From Albugo candida (Eukaryota), in assembly GCA_040437565.1 (NCBI GenBank), contig JBDOQK010000018.1:124001-188000 (forward strand): a DNA stretch of 64,000 nucleotides, read 5' to 3'. The notes under the pieces are model-generated. The model was given only the letters and a program-made list of their open reading frames with translations. It was not told where the DNA came from and ran no database searches. Numbering within the stretch: position 1 is the stretch's first letter; the number at the start of each line of letters is the position of its first letter. Made by a program: the position numbers and the translations under genes. Of this stretch, positions 10,722-23,130 are shown piece by piece.

Positions 10722-11893
10722 ACTTCTAGTTGATGACTAATTGGAAAATGACTTATAAGCGTCATGAGTTCTTTTTTTGAATCTGCACGAAATGTAATGT
10801 AAAGCTGAGTCGTTGGAAGAGGGGGCCGATCACATTTTCGCAAATACGTACTACAATGGTTCAAACCTCGTGATAAATGATAGCATACAGCTCCTTTTCT
10901 GCGGTCTATCGATCACAAAAAATGTTGGTGATCACAATTTGCAGAAAGGCGTATTTTCTGGAAGAAACAAACAAAAAGTGAGTTTATATGTGCACGCAGC
11001 TATATCCATCACGCCATTTGAAAATATATGAAGAGCTCTTACTGATAAGAGAATGAAAGGGCCGACGGTCTGATACCGCTTGCTACTCTCAATAACAACA
11101 ATGCAACACAAAGAAGGAGTAACCAGCAGCTGCACTTAAGTAGCTTGGATATGAAACTGCTGATAAAAGATTTCAAAACAAAGTCGCGCATGGGAGCGGT
11201 CTTTATCGATTGGAGTGCTGTGACACATCTTGATCTTCACCTTCTCTAGCCGAACACGCCGCCTGAAGCTGCAAGTTATCTGAATCGCTGTCAGATAACT
11301 TGCAGCTTCAGGCGGCGTGTTCGGCTAGAGAAGGTGAAGATCAAGNNNNNNNNNNNNNNNNNNNNNNNNNNNNNNNNNNNNNNNNNNNNNNNNNNNNNNN
11401 NNNNNNNNNNNNNNNNNNNNNNNNNNNNNNNNNNNNNNNNNNNNNATAAGCGTCATGAGTTCTTTTTTTGAATCTGCACGAAATGTAATGTAAAGCTGAG
11501 TCGTTGGAAGAGGGGGCCGATCACATTTTCGCAAATACGTACTACAATGGTTCAAACCTCGTGATAAATGATAGCATACAGCTCCTTTTCTGCGGTCTAT
11601 CGATCACAAAAAATGTTGGTGATCACAATTTGCAGAAAGGCGTATTTTCTGGAAGAAACAAACAAAAAGTGAGTTTATATGTGCACGCAGCTATATCCAT
11701 CACGCCATTTGAAAATATATGAAGAGCTCTTACTGATAAGAGAATGAAAGGGCCGACGGTCTGATACCGCTTGCTACTCTCAATAACAACAATGCAACAC
11801 AAAGAAGGAGTAACCAGCAGCTGCACTTAAGTAGCTTGGATATGAAACTGCTGATAAAAGATTTCAAAACAAAGTCGCGCATGGGAGCGGTCT

Positions 11894-13762
11894 TTATCGA
11901 TTGGAGTGCTGTGACACATCTTGATCTTCACCTTCTCTAGCCGAACACGCCGCCTGAAGCTGCAAGTTATCTGACAGCGATTCAGAGCCTACTTTTTGAT
12001 CAGGATGTTTCGTTAAATTTTTTTTGAAAGCCTGCCGAATTTTCTGTATGTTGAGTTGTCGTCTGATGAGTTTATCAAGCGGTCGTTGCATATCCGCGGA
12101 AGCTTCGAGCCAAATTCCGAGAATGGAATCAAATAGTGTAAATGTATAGATGTCTTGCAGCGCTAACTTGGGATACAAAATGCCCGAAGTCATTATCAAG
12201 CTCTCATTTTGATATCCTCCGATGTACGGGCGTATACATGCTTCCCATTTAGCACATGGATTGGGTGTTGCCGAGTTGACAGCATTGTATGAAGTCTCTA
12301 TTTCGCGATACCACAATTTTATGGCTTTCAAAGCTTGGTCAATTTGGAAAGCCATGACATCGTTCAACTGCATGCTCAGTATGGAAAGATCACTACAATG
12401 TCACAGAAAATTATTCAAAAACCCGGTCAGCGATGTCAAATACGAACATGAAAGTTGGTTGAAGACATTGGTTGACGATTTTCGGTAGCAAGTATGTTGT
12501 TGATGAAGATGGATTTTGCAGCGCTTGGGTACCCAAATTTTTTAAGAAGACAACATGCAGTCTCTCCAAATATCTCATCTGACCAAGTAGATCAGTACAA
12601 GAGCAAAACCGGCTCTGTATCGTACCAAATCGTTGCTTTTCGACTGTTTTGCTTGTTTAGCACTTGGTGCCACTGCGCGATACACTTCCAATGCAACCTG
12701 GCATCAAGCCGAGTTATTTGAGCACACAAAATGATTTCACACGCCACTCACGTTGTCTACATGCTCTAAAATGGTCTCGGTCAAGTCGCTTAGCCGCGTC
12801 TTAACCTCATAAATTATTTCTTTGTAATCATTTGAAATTGATTTCAATTGCGGGATTCGATACAGGAAAGAAACTTTCAATTTTATCAGCGTACTAGGCA
12901 CGCAATCGCGACTGGGCATTATCTGTTGATCAATCTTCTCTTGAAATTCGACCAATGCAAGTACATGGTCACATGCGCTCACGATTTGATCCGTTAAGCG
13001 ATGCAAAGCGAGCATATCTTCCATATTGGTCACCAGTTTATCGTACCTCTCAGTGCTGTCTTTTCCTTCGGCATCACTATTTCCATGAAGCACTCCTTCC
13101 CGTTGTGAGGCTTCCGACCGAAGACTACCGGCTTTGTTGCCGTGAGAAGCTTTGTGAAGTATCGGCTGATTTAGATATTCTTGTTTTTTTTTAATCCAGT
13201 AGCCATATTCCCGAAGTGTTGGCAAGAATGATGACATCAATTTCAGAAATGTACAACAATACCAAGTCTCTCGCAATCCAGCAATCTCATGAAGACAGCA
13301 CGAACATGTTGCAGATGCATTAACTGGTAGGATTTGGTCAAGATCCGGTAAGGAGGTTGATACGAGAAGATCGACGAGGGAGGTGAGGCGAATTGCCATC
13401 GCATTGATTTCGTGGGGAAATGAGCGAGCTGGCTTCTTCAAATCCGCATAGACTCGAGCACAGTTGCAAAAAAATGCATTGAGACTACTTGTATGCCGAT
13501 GATAAGATCGAGTAGATGGGAGCTGATATGGACTCAGCGATGGAGTTGACAAAGAAATACACTTTCGACATGTTTTGGAACTTTTTGATCTCTTTTCGTA
13601 CGAACTATCCTCACAAAACACACACATTTTCCCGTCTTCTTGTGGCTTTTGATCCGTTCCGATATGACGATGAATATGGCTCTCATTGTCTATCAAGTTG
13701 TTCCTCGAGTGAACTGACTCTTCGTCTGCCTCACCGGCAGAACTTTGATGACGAGATTTCAT
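11894..13762 (-). CDS. Hypothetical multi-exon protein
   Basis: 341-aa and 159-aa same-strand ORFs can be linked by GT-AG introns and short exons between 12380 and 12750. No recognised family. Confidence 0.6.
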
Positions 13763-14059
13763 TCAATTTGCATTAATGCAATGGTCTGTTATTTGCTGAG
13801 CCTTCTAGGAGCTCCAAAGAGTATATGAAAAGTCTTTCTGTAAATTCTTATGGTCAGCACACCCGTAAAGTAAAAAAACTGCGGATGACGGACGGACCTC
13901 AAAAATTGTTAGTTATTTCTCTCTGCACAATGGGATCTCCACCATCAACAAATACACACCAAAATTAGCACCGCATCCAAAAATAAATGGGCCATGAGCA
14001 GATCGATCGTGTCCGCTTTCGATCCATACAAGTGACCGACGGGAGGGACCCTTCAAATC

Positions 14060-14066
14060 TCATTCT
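14060..14066 (+). promoter_or_regulatory. Oomycete initiator-like element (YCATTYY) upstream of PKA-C
   Basis: TCATTCT lies about 70 nt before ATG 14134. The motif is short and could be a chance match. Confidence 0.3.
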
Positions 14067-14133
14067 TGCGCCTCGCAATCCTCATCGGGGTATTTCTTCT
14101 ACTGGTTCACGTCTTACAAAATAACGCAAGAGT

Positions 14134-15221
14134 ATGGCGACTTCTGCTGGTGTCCACCCAGTCAGCGGTGGATCTTCTGCAACAGATGCAAGTGGGAAGA
14201 AATCAAATAAACTGGCTGCTCCATTAGATGCTACACAGTTCGAGATGGGTGTCACGCTGGGCACGGGATCCTTTGGACGAGTTCGATTTGCGACGCATAA
14301 GGTACTTGTTATGTATTTCGCGAAGAGAAACGATCCCTCTGACATGCTTTCCAGTCAACTTGCACGTATTGGGCTATAAAGATACTGAAGAAAGCTGAGA
14401 TTATCCGTCTGCAGCAAGTGGAGCACATGTTATCGGAAAAAAGCATCTTACTATGCCTGGATCATCCATTTATTGTCAATCTGGCTGGAACGTATCAGGA
14501 CCCCAAATACCTATACATGGTCCTGGAATACATCGTCGGAGGAGAATTTTTCACGCATCTTCGGAAAGCCGGTCGATTTGATAATAACTCGACAAAGTTT
14601 TACGCTGCACAAGTGGTCTCGATTTTTGAGTATCTGCATGGGCAGGACTTTGTCTATCGGGATCTCAAACCTGAGAATCTCTTACTGGACGCAGAGGGAT
14701 ATCTTAAGCTCACAGATTTTGGATTCGCAAAGCGTGTCGCCTTCAAAACATATACTCTCTGCGGAACACCAGAATATATCGCACCAGAAGTTTTGCTGAA
14801 TAAAGGTCACGGTAAAGGAGTGGATTGGTGGACATTGGGTATTCTAATGTACGAGATGCTGGCAGGACAGCCTCCTTTCTGTGATGAGGACCCGATGGGA
14901 ATTTATCAACAAATACTTTCGGGAAGAGTGAGCTTTCCTCGATTTTTCGATCGAAATGCTAAGGCACTGATCAAAAGGTTACTAACTGCGGATCTGACTA
15001 AACGATATGGTTCTTTGAAAAACGGAGTTGACGATATAAAGAAACACAAATATTTCTCAGGAGTGAACTGGGTTGATCTTCTTGCAAGAAAGAGCAAAGC
15101 GCCTATCATTCCAAGGTTTGACACGCCCAATGACACGTCCAACTTTGACCCTTATCCAGATTCAGCAGATGATGTCATAGTTCCAGTTTACAATGGTAAA
15201 GATCCTTTTGTAGATTTCTAA
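14134..15221 (+). CDS. PKAC: cAMP-dependent protein kinase catalytic subunit
   Basis: GTGSFGRV; intron 14302-14354 joins to YWAIKILKK; YRDLKPEN, DFGFAK, TLCGTPEYIAPE, C-terminal FVDF. Confidence 0.95.
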
Positions 15222-15444
15222 CTCTTTCGTGCATATCGAAAAACTCTGCAAGGATTGTGGGGCTTCCTTGCTGTATCTATAAAATCGGGTATCCCTACCT
15301 AATGTGCTGCAATTGCCGAGCTCTGGAATGATTTTGTAGCAGGAAGTGAATGAAAAAGATATTCTGACTTTTACCTATGAAACAACATTCAAGTGCACAC
15401 ATAAACACATCAATAGCACACGATAACGCTACCAGGTGCCACAT

Positions 15445-16806
15445 TTACGTGAGGACTTTTCCCAAATATAATGCTAGTCTATCCATGATGTCCTTGTAAA
15501 TAATCGCATCAGAAGCTCGGACAAACATAATCATTTTGCGGATATCATCACGTAGCTGCAATTTGCTTCCAATTTCATGCTGCTGCAATATTTGTAGGTG
15601 TGACTCCAAAAGATATATGAGGCGTAACACCACCCGTTTTTCATGTTCTTTACTGACAACGCAACAAGAGCCTTCTTCCAGCACTTTCTCCGCTATATCG
15701 CACACACTTGCATCGGAATCAAGATCTTCAGGTTCTAATTCTTGCACTCGAGTGATCATCAACAAAGCATCCGAAATCTCTCCTTTTCTCAATGCGAAAG
15801 AAGTCTGTGTGTGGTCAAATCGATATTGGCAATTTTTTAAGATTTCATCTTTTTCCTTGTAAAAGCTAGTATTATCAAACTCCATATGTAGCTGCGCCTC
15901 CACCGTATCGTATGGATTTCGATAATGCAGGAATCCGTATAATGCAAGTAAGGCATGGTTTGATAGTGGACCATAGTTGATATATAGCTGAGTTCCTGCG
16001 CTAAGATGCTGGTGGGTTGTAAGCTGAAACATTCCAGAATCAGCGTCGTATTTGTGTATCATCTCAGCTCTCGGATCGTGATTGAGCATATCAAACACCG
16101 GGACCATCGCTTTGACGCAATTTTTTTTACAAGGATCAAATGTGAATGGAAGTGTGAACGCTGTTTCATAATCAATCTCAATAGAAACAAATCGACTCCA
16201 AATTATGGAGAGCGCCCATTTATAATTTGCAAAGGAAAAGACTGTGCTCGAACAAACAGATGATGGAAGTATGATTTTCAATTCTGGAAGCACATGTTTT
16301 TCAATGAATTCATAGTCTTCGTGTAAGCGTTCTTGCATTTCATGTGCGACATAGTAGAGATTAGTTCCGTCCAATGCTTTCACTTCGTCTGAAGTATAGT
16401 ATAATAAGTTCCGATGTTCTTTCGGTAATAATTGCAAGTGTTTTGCCCATTTCGATTCGTTTTGGAGTACATACATCTCAAACAGTAATAAAATTGCGAG
16501 TAGCATCTCTTCATGTTTCTCAATACTTGCATTAAGTGAGGTCACAGAAACCGTAATGATTTCATACGCCCGATCTTCTTTGGAAATAGTTGCAAGCGAA
16601 TATAACGATGTCAGTGGAATTTGAAACACGACCGTATGAGGAGCAATATCTTCCGCAATAAAGACGCCTCGTTCACTCGGAGTAGAGGTTTCAGATAAAG
16701 TGGGATGGTCATAAACAAAGTCTGTACACATGTAGGCTTCAAGTGATCGCTTGGCCCACTCATTGTACCCACAAAACTTTGCTTCCCCGTCGTTAGGCCC
16801 TCCCAT
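15445..16806 (-). CDS. SET-domain protein lysine methyltransferase (Rubisco LSMT/SETD3-like)
   Basis: RGVFIAEDI, WALSIIWSR, MVPVFDMLNH and QLYINYGPLSNHALLALYGF motifs, followed by an LSMT substrate-binding-like C-terminus. Confidence 0.88.
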   Translation of the reverse strand: MGGPNDGEAKFCGYNEWAKRSLEAYMCTDFVYDHPTLSETSTPSERGVFIAEDIAPHTVVFQIPLTSLYSLATISKEDRAYEIITVSVTSLNASIEKHEEMLLAILLLFEMYVLQNESKWAKHLQLLPKEHRNLLYYTSDEVKALDGTNLYYVAHEMQERLHEDYEFIEKHVLPELKIILPSSVCSSTVFSFANYKWALSIIWSRFVSIEIDYETAFTLPFTFDPCKKNCVKAMVPVFDMLNHDPRAEMIHKYDADSGMFQLTTHQHLSAGTQLYINYGPLSNHALLALYGFLHYRNPYDTVEAQLHMEFDNTSFYKEKDEILKNCQYRFDHTQTSFALRKGEISDALLMITRVQELEPEDLDSDASVCDIAEKVLEEGSCCVVSKEHEKRVVLRLIYLLESHLQILQQHEIGSKLQLRDDIRKMIMFVRASDAIIYKDIMDRLALYLGKVLT

Positions 16807-17005
16807 CCCTTCTACTGATTATTTCACACTAATTAGTTGCTCTGAGAGACAATGCAGTCGGAAATATGGAGCATTTGCATATTCATCTGTCTTTTACTCG
16901 GCTTTTCCTCATGCGCATCTTCATGAGGGTATACATTCATCAAGCAACTTCGACAGCTCCTCTAAATGTCGTACGAAGGTATGCCAAAATTGAGTCTACG
17001 GAAGA

Positions 17006-20000
17006 ATGGCCCCCAAGCTTAATCGACAACGGGAAAATNNNNNNNNNNNNNNNNNNNNNNNNNNNNNNNNNNNNNNNNNNNNNNNNNNNNNNNNNNNNNN
17101 NNNNNNNNNNNNNNNNNNNNNNNNNNNNNNNNNNNNNNGCTTAATCGACAACGGGAAAATCTCGAAAAAACTAAAGCTTCCTCGAGTTCTCGTGCACGCG
17201 AACATCTTGTATCGTACGCAAGCGAATTATCAACTGCTTCTACCTTTATTGGATTCAATGCATTCCAATCGTCCGACTCACAGACAGACAATCGGATCGC
17301 TATTCGTGCAAGTTATAACGGTGATGATCATGAAATCGCGATTATACTGAAATCATTGGGAAAGAAGGGAATAGGAAGTAAAATGAAAGCGCTTGCAAAC
17401 TTGCAGCGAGACATTATCCCATCGCGTCCACCGATTGCACTGCGTCCTCTGTTGAGCTCTTTCTGCAACTTTTATATTCTTGAGTTTCATGCGTCAGGTG
17501 GTGGGGCAGATAATGCTGCTCGTTCTCTTGCCACGACACAATTGCGAGAAACATGGAACTCTGTTCTCTTAGCTTTAGTGGAAAAAATGAAACCAAAAGC
17601 ATTCTCTCCTCATATCTCTCGTCTTCTTCCAGCGTGGTTTCTGGCTATGCACGACGTCAGCAATCAAGTTGGCAGAATCGCAACATTAGCTTTTGAGATT
17701 CTATTTCCCACTTGGCAACAGCGTCGTGAGATTGTGGAATCAGAGTTATATGGTCTTTTGGAGACATTCAAAGTGTATGTAAAGCCTTTGGACGCGAAGA
17801 AGAGACCAATTATGCAAGAAAAGCGAGGAAAAAAAGAAGGAAAAAGAAATACGTCTACTGAAGATATCCAGAATTACGAAGATGAGAATTATGAACGCTG
17901 TATCAGTGCAGCGCTTCGTGCGATGAACACAACACTGAAATATCTGACAACAAACTCAGACGACAATTCTGAGTCACAAAACTCAGAATTGCGAGTGGCG
18001 TCACTCTTAGAACTCACAAGTACTCCTCAATTTGCACGTTTAGCAGTCGATCGAAGCGGATCGACCGCCAATGATAGTAACAAATCCGTATCATATCAGC
18101 CCACCATCCGTCTGGCAATCTGGAAGCTCATGCGAACAATTATTTCCAGCGAAATTCTCTGCAGCTACTTACAATCCTCACAGAGTCGTTTGGAGCACTA
18201 TGCAAAACTGATTCTGGGCCACGCGGTAATTGAGCGAGCGATTGACAATCAATCGGATGCCTGGGAACTCGTGTTGGAACTTCTTCAAAGATTCTCTGAG
18301 ATTTTCGAGGTGGACAGCATCGCGCAATATTTCGATGTGGCAGTAAGGCCACGCATTTTAGCACAAATCCGAGTCGGGTTTCAGGGAGCACCAGCTATAT
18401 TTCGTATGCTTTTGCCATTCGTCTCGTTACTACCAACCAAAGTTTTAGCAAAAACACAGAAAAACTCTCAATTTATTGTGGATATTTTACAGCAATTCTG
18501 GCAGTTTCTTTGCAAAACTGGTCGGGAACAAGATAAGCAAGTTGCGTTGTCTTGTTATTTTGAATTATTGACAGCATCACTATCCATTTTTGTTACAAAC
18601 GACCGAGAAGAGTTAGTTCTATCTTTTCGCGAGGGTTCTTCCGAACACGATCTGACTCTGGCTGCTGACACGTATGTTGAGCAGTTCAAGAGCGTCATGT
18701 TGGCATTGTTTACGAGTGCATATGTGATCCCAACTTGTGGAGAGGTCGTTGCATGTAAATTCTCCGATAAAATCGCTATTCAATATGGAAAGGAACTTGT
18801 GAGTTTATTTAAGACAGTGTCTCGATCATCCCAACCCATCGCTCAACGTGTGAGCAGATCGTTCATTCAAAGCTTCCAATATTGGATTTCGGCTGTATTG
18901 CTGTCTGCGGTATCGTTTGAGCAGCTCGAGCATATCGCGACACGATGGATGCTGATTCTTCAACTCGATCAAGAAGACAGCCAAGATCCAAAGGCTCGTG
19001 TGCTGACCATCGATTGCATTGAAAAGCTGACCGCACGTTGTATCGCTGCATTAATGCCTGAGAAGCAACTCCCAGACATTGGTCGTCTATCAGCTCTTTT
19101 GCAGCTGCTACTTGGACTCAACAAGGCGTATGGAGTAGATGTACTATTGTCACACATTTCCGTCGACGAAGTGTACCCAAATTTGTATCGACCGCTTTTC
19201 CAGCATCTCGCACCGTTGAAATACGCATATCCCGACTCAGAACAACTCGAAGAGGCCTTTTTCACTGCTTTAAAGCTCGTCCATTACCTTATTCCAAAAA
19301 TGACTGGGCACATCTCGACTTTTCTCGCTCAGTTATTTCAAGATGCAATAGTGCAAGACTGTTTATCATGCGTCAACGTACTTCATCACAGTCTTCAATT
19401 CCCGCTAGCACTGCCCCTTGTGGAGGAGTGGCTCTATATCTCAGCTTCAACATCAATGGTAAACGAAATTTGGCAATCTGAAAAGATCGATAAATTTGTG
19501 CTACACAATCTGGAAATAGAGGATCCGGCTTTTGATTCATTGGATGCGTTGCTGGGGGCTGCATTAGGAGAGAAAGAAGCTTGCCCTCTTGTAAGTTGTG
19601 CCACAGTTGAACGAATTTGCCTATTTCTCATGGAGAAGCAGCATTTGCTCTGTCAGAAAGTATGGCCGTCTATCGTCTCATTTTTTACAAAACTTCACCG
19701 CTTATGCACAAATGTTAAAGAATTGGAACGGACAGAAATGAGCTTTGTAATTCATGTCTTCTTTGACTTTACGTTTGAATCGAACGAGTATTTGATCCTC
19801 AAAGAGCTTTTTACTGTGTGGAAGAGTTCTCTACAGACAAAATTTGTAAATGGTATTGCTACCGCGCTTCTCGCGTATTTGGAAGGAGACGAAGAAGCGA
19901 TACCCAATATGAGCGTATGGACGACCGTCACAGCCCGATACTTGGAAATGACTCAGTGGGAAGCGAAAGACGGCGAATTACTTTTACTCCACAACCGTAT

Positions 20001-22508
20001 CGACGCGATCGGTGGGCTTCCACCGAAAGGATCCATCCCTCCATTTCTGACATGTTTTGGTGCGCTGGTCGCAGAGAGTACGACTGCCAGAGCCATAATC
20101 GGCAATTTTCTCACTTCTCAATCGTACAAAAGTATTTTGGAATTGCTAGTGATCGATATTTTCCATCGTATTTTATGGATTCGCATGCATTTCGACCAAA
20201 TTTTGTGTGATCACGACGAAATGGTGTCGTTCGCTACAAATGTATTCCGTTTCATCGCTGAAAGTTTGGTATTAAGTCCGTTGTACAGCGAAATTGCTGA
20301 CTCGGACTTTTTGGATGCTGCGTGGAATACAATAATTCGCAATCCGAATACGTTGACACCCGTTTTACAGCAATGGAAAGGTGTTTTGACATTAGACGAT
20401 AAAGACTCTAAGACACTTGATGAAGTGGCCTTTACTTCCACAGAGATTGATGAATTATGCAGTCTCACGACTGCTGTCGTCACGTGTTTATTGGCTCCGC
20501 ATCGCGTCACGAGCGCTGCTCAAATGCATCTGGACGATCCAACAACGGATGAGAACGAACTCGAGCGCTTCCTACAAGCTGCTTGTCTCCACAATTCGAC
20601 TCTATCGCTCACAAAAATCGACCGGCCGCTTCCAATCACTATCCTCTCCGCTCTCAAGAACCTTCAATGCGATGTGAGTACCGAGATGATTGCGTCGCTG
20701 AAGACGGATGCCGCAAGTTCGGTACAAAAATGGCATGAAAGGGTCGACTTTGTCCTGGCAGCACTTCAATCAGAACCGACTGATTCACCGATTTCTAAAG
20801 AGTGTGTGGTTGTGTCACAAAATCTCATTCGACAGCTCTTTTCATCGGCAGATAGCTCTGTTGGATCCATGCAAGCTCATAGAGACACAACTCTGTGGCT
20901 TTTGCAGGACGAATGCTCAGAAACGTATCCGTTAGAGCTATTACATTGTCGGAATAAAGCACTTGAGCTTTTTTCAGCTGCTTTGGCCGCGCAAAACACC
21001 AACGACAGCCTCGCGTATGTCTACGAATTCGCATCGCATCATCGAGAAGCGCTGTTTCTCATGCTTTTGTATACCGTGCGGGATGGAATATATCTTCCAC
21101 GATACATGCGATCCTGCCGATGGAAATCATCAAGCTATGGCCGCATCAAGGCGTGTCTTATTATGGCCGAGAGCTTTGCATGCAAACCAGTCACCCAGCA
21201 TGTTTTATCCGCATTATTTCAATGTTTGGATGGACAAGATCAAGCGAATCGGCTTCTCATGCGCGTATTTGGTGACGTCGACGCGATCATGCAAGCCTTC
21301 AGCCCAGAAATCTCTCTCGATCTGCTCACGATTCGACTAGCGTATGTATTGCTCGTGAGCTGTCAAACACTCCAGCTTCAGGATCCTACGTCCGAATGCA
21401 ATCAAGACGACGACCAAACCGCCGAGAAAATTGCACTGGCAATCGAAATCATCCCTTCGTCGTTGCAGGGAACACTTGAGCACATTATGACTATGAAAGG
21501 TACACACCTCGCGCAAAAGCTATTTGCATGCGATCTTTTCCTGCAATTATTTCCAACAATGCTGCATGAGCCTGCAATCTCCATAGAGAGTTCCCGAATT
21601 ACGTCCGCATTGACCACATTTGCTATTCAGAAAAACTTTCTCGATACCCTTCTCACCGATTGTGCCGATTGTCTGATGCAAGTATCGCGATCCAACCTCT
21701 TAATGATCGATTCACGGCCTTTAATGGAGCGATATATGGGACGTCCAGAAATGCCGACTGCGAGTGCCATCACCGCGCAGATTGGAACACAAGTTATGTT
21801 CCAGACAGCGCTGATGCTTCCGTGTATGCTTCGAGCTTGGTGGAATGATACATGTTCTCGGAGTTTGCGGTCCTGGGTGACAAAGTATTTCAACGAGGTA
21901 ATTCTCATTAGCCTTTAAAATCTAGCTGACATTCTCTTGTAGCATGTAACACTGGCGCTGGTGCGTCATGAGCTGGAAGCAATGGAACGGTTGAAAGACC
22001 AAGGTGTTTGGGATCCAGAGTACGTGAACAGATAACGCTTTTCACTCACGCATGCTGATAGCTATGTTTGTATTATAGTGAAATCACAGTCAAAGGAAGT
22101 CGAGTGTCACGAAGAATCACTGCGACTTATGTGAAAGACGACTGTGTTTTGGAAATGATTCTTCAGATTCCAGCATGTTACCCGTTGTATAGCGTCGACG
22201 TAGCGTGTGGTAAGCGTATCGGTATCTCAGAAGATCGCTGGCGACGTGGGATCCTTCACATTGTCCAAACGTGTGCTCAGAATGGCGCGCTTATGGATGC
22301 AGTGATGCTGTGGAAACGTAACGTGGATCAGGAATTTCAAGGTGTCGTTCCGTGTCCGATATGCTATTGGATTTTATACCCCAAGACGATGGCATTTCCT
22401 AATCTCACATGCAAAACATGCAAGACAACGTACCACAAAGCTTGTCTATACAAATGGTTTATGCAATCGGGGAAGAGCGTATGCACAATCTGTCAACAGC
22501 CTTTATAA
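17006..22508 (+). CDS. LTN1: E3 ubiquitin ligase listerin (ribosome quality control)
   Basis: Removing the gap duplication joins MAPKLNRQREN to ASSSSRA..FIGF..LKSLGKK, the listerin N-terminus. Introns at about 21898-21942 and 22020-22078. C-terminal RWD plus RING (CPIC..CKTC..YHKACLYKWF..C..C). Confidence 0.92.
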
Positions 22509-22514
22509 ATGAGA

Positions 22515-22977
22515 TCACATCATAACACAATTGCAATCAATCGGCGAAGTAGCAGTGCGTATTGCTGCAACATTCCGCGCCGTGGAGTCTACGCATTGAA
22601 TATGAGCCTAAGAAGTATACACTACACACTGTATACCTTTTTTCGCAGCAAGTACATTGGAGCGAACGACGACGTTGATGGGCGTTGGATGCGTGGGGAA
22701 GGAAGGAATACGAGCACTAGAAAGCGTTTGGCGATCTTGAAGAAGTCCACGGCCCATACAAATGAAGCGAATTTGACTCACGTCTTGAGCTCTAGGCACA
22801 TCTGTGGAATACATTAAAAATGAGAATGCAGGCGGCGGTATGGCTACCTGTCGGCCAATGCTGTAGCAAAGTAGCTTTCAGGGAACCAATGCCAGTTGCA
22901 GGTGGCATACGGAGAATTACATGCGTATTTTCATGATTTGCGAATAAGAAACGAAGTGCCAAGTCATTTTCTTGCAT
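22515..22977 (-). CDS. UBL3: Membrane-anchored ubiquitin-fold protein (UBL3/MUB family)
   Basis: Three exons: LALRFLFAN...LKATLLQHWPT / DVPRAQDVSQIRFICMGRGLLQD...TPINVVVR / ...DCNCVMM* after intron 22636-22589. Ends in the CaaX box CVMM. Confidence 0.85.
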
Positions 22978-23130
22978 AGTTTTCTCTCGTCTTTTTGCGA
23001 CAGAAAACCGAACTCAAAATTTCAGAGAGAATTCCTGGAAAGGATTGCTATAAATGCGTGAAACGAACAAGTGCTCTCACTTGATTCAACGAATTTGCTA
23101 CCTGTGTAAGATTATTAATACTCAGAAAGT

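Noticed and set aside
11229-11345. Perfect ~55-bp inverted repeat (hairpin), resembling a MITE or miRNA precursor
   Set aside because: It abuts a gap. The second copy of the region (about 11920-11990) continues normally as CTGACAGCGATTCAG, a tiny hairpin where a read can fold back. This is a chimeric-read artifact.
10755-11974. Exact direct duplications around gaps (also near 1376, 8891, 17039, 37908, 39608, 40337, 44980, 49948, 55370, 62966)
   Set aside because: The same pattern occurs at most gaps. It is a scaffolding artifact, not LTRs or real duplications.
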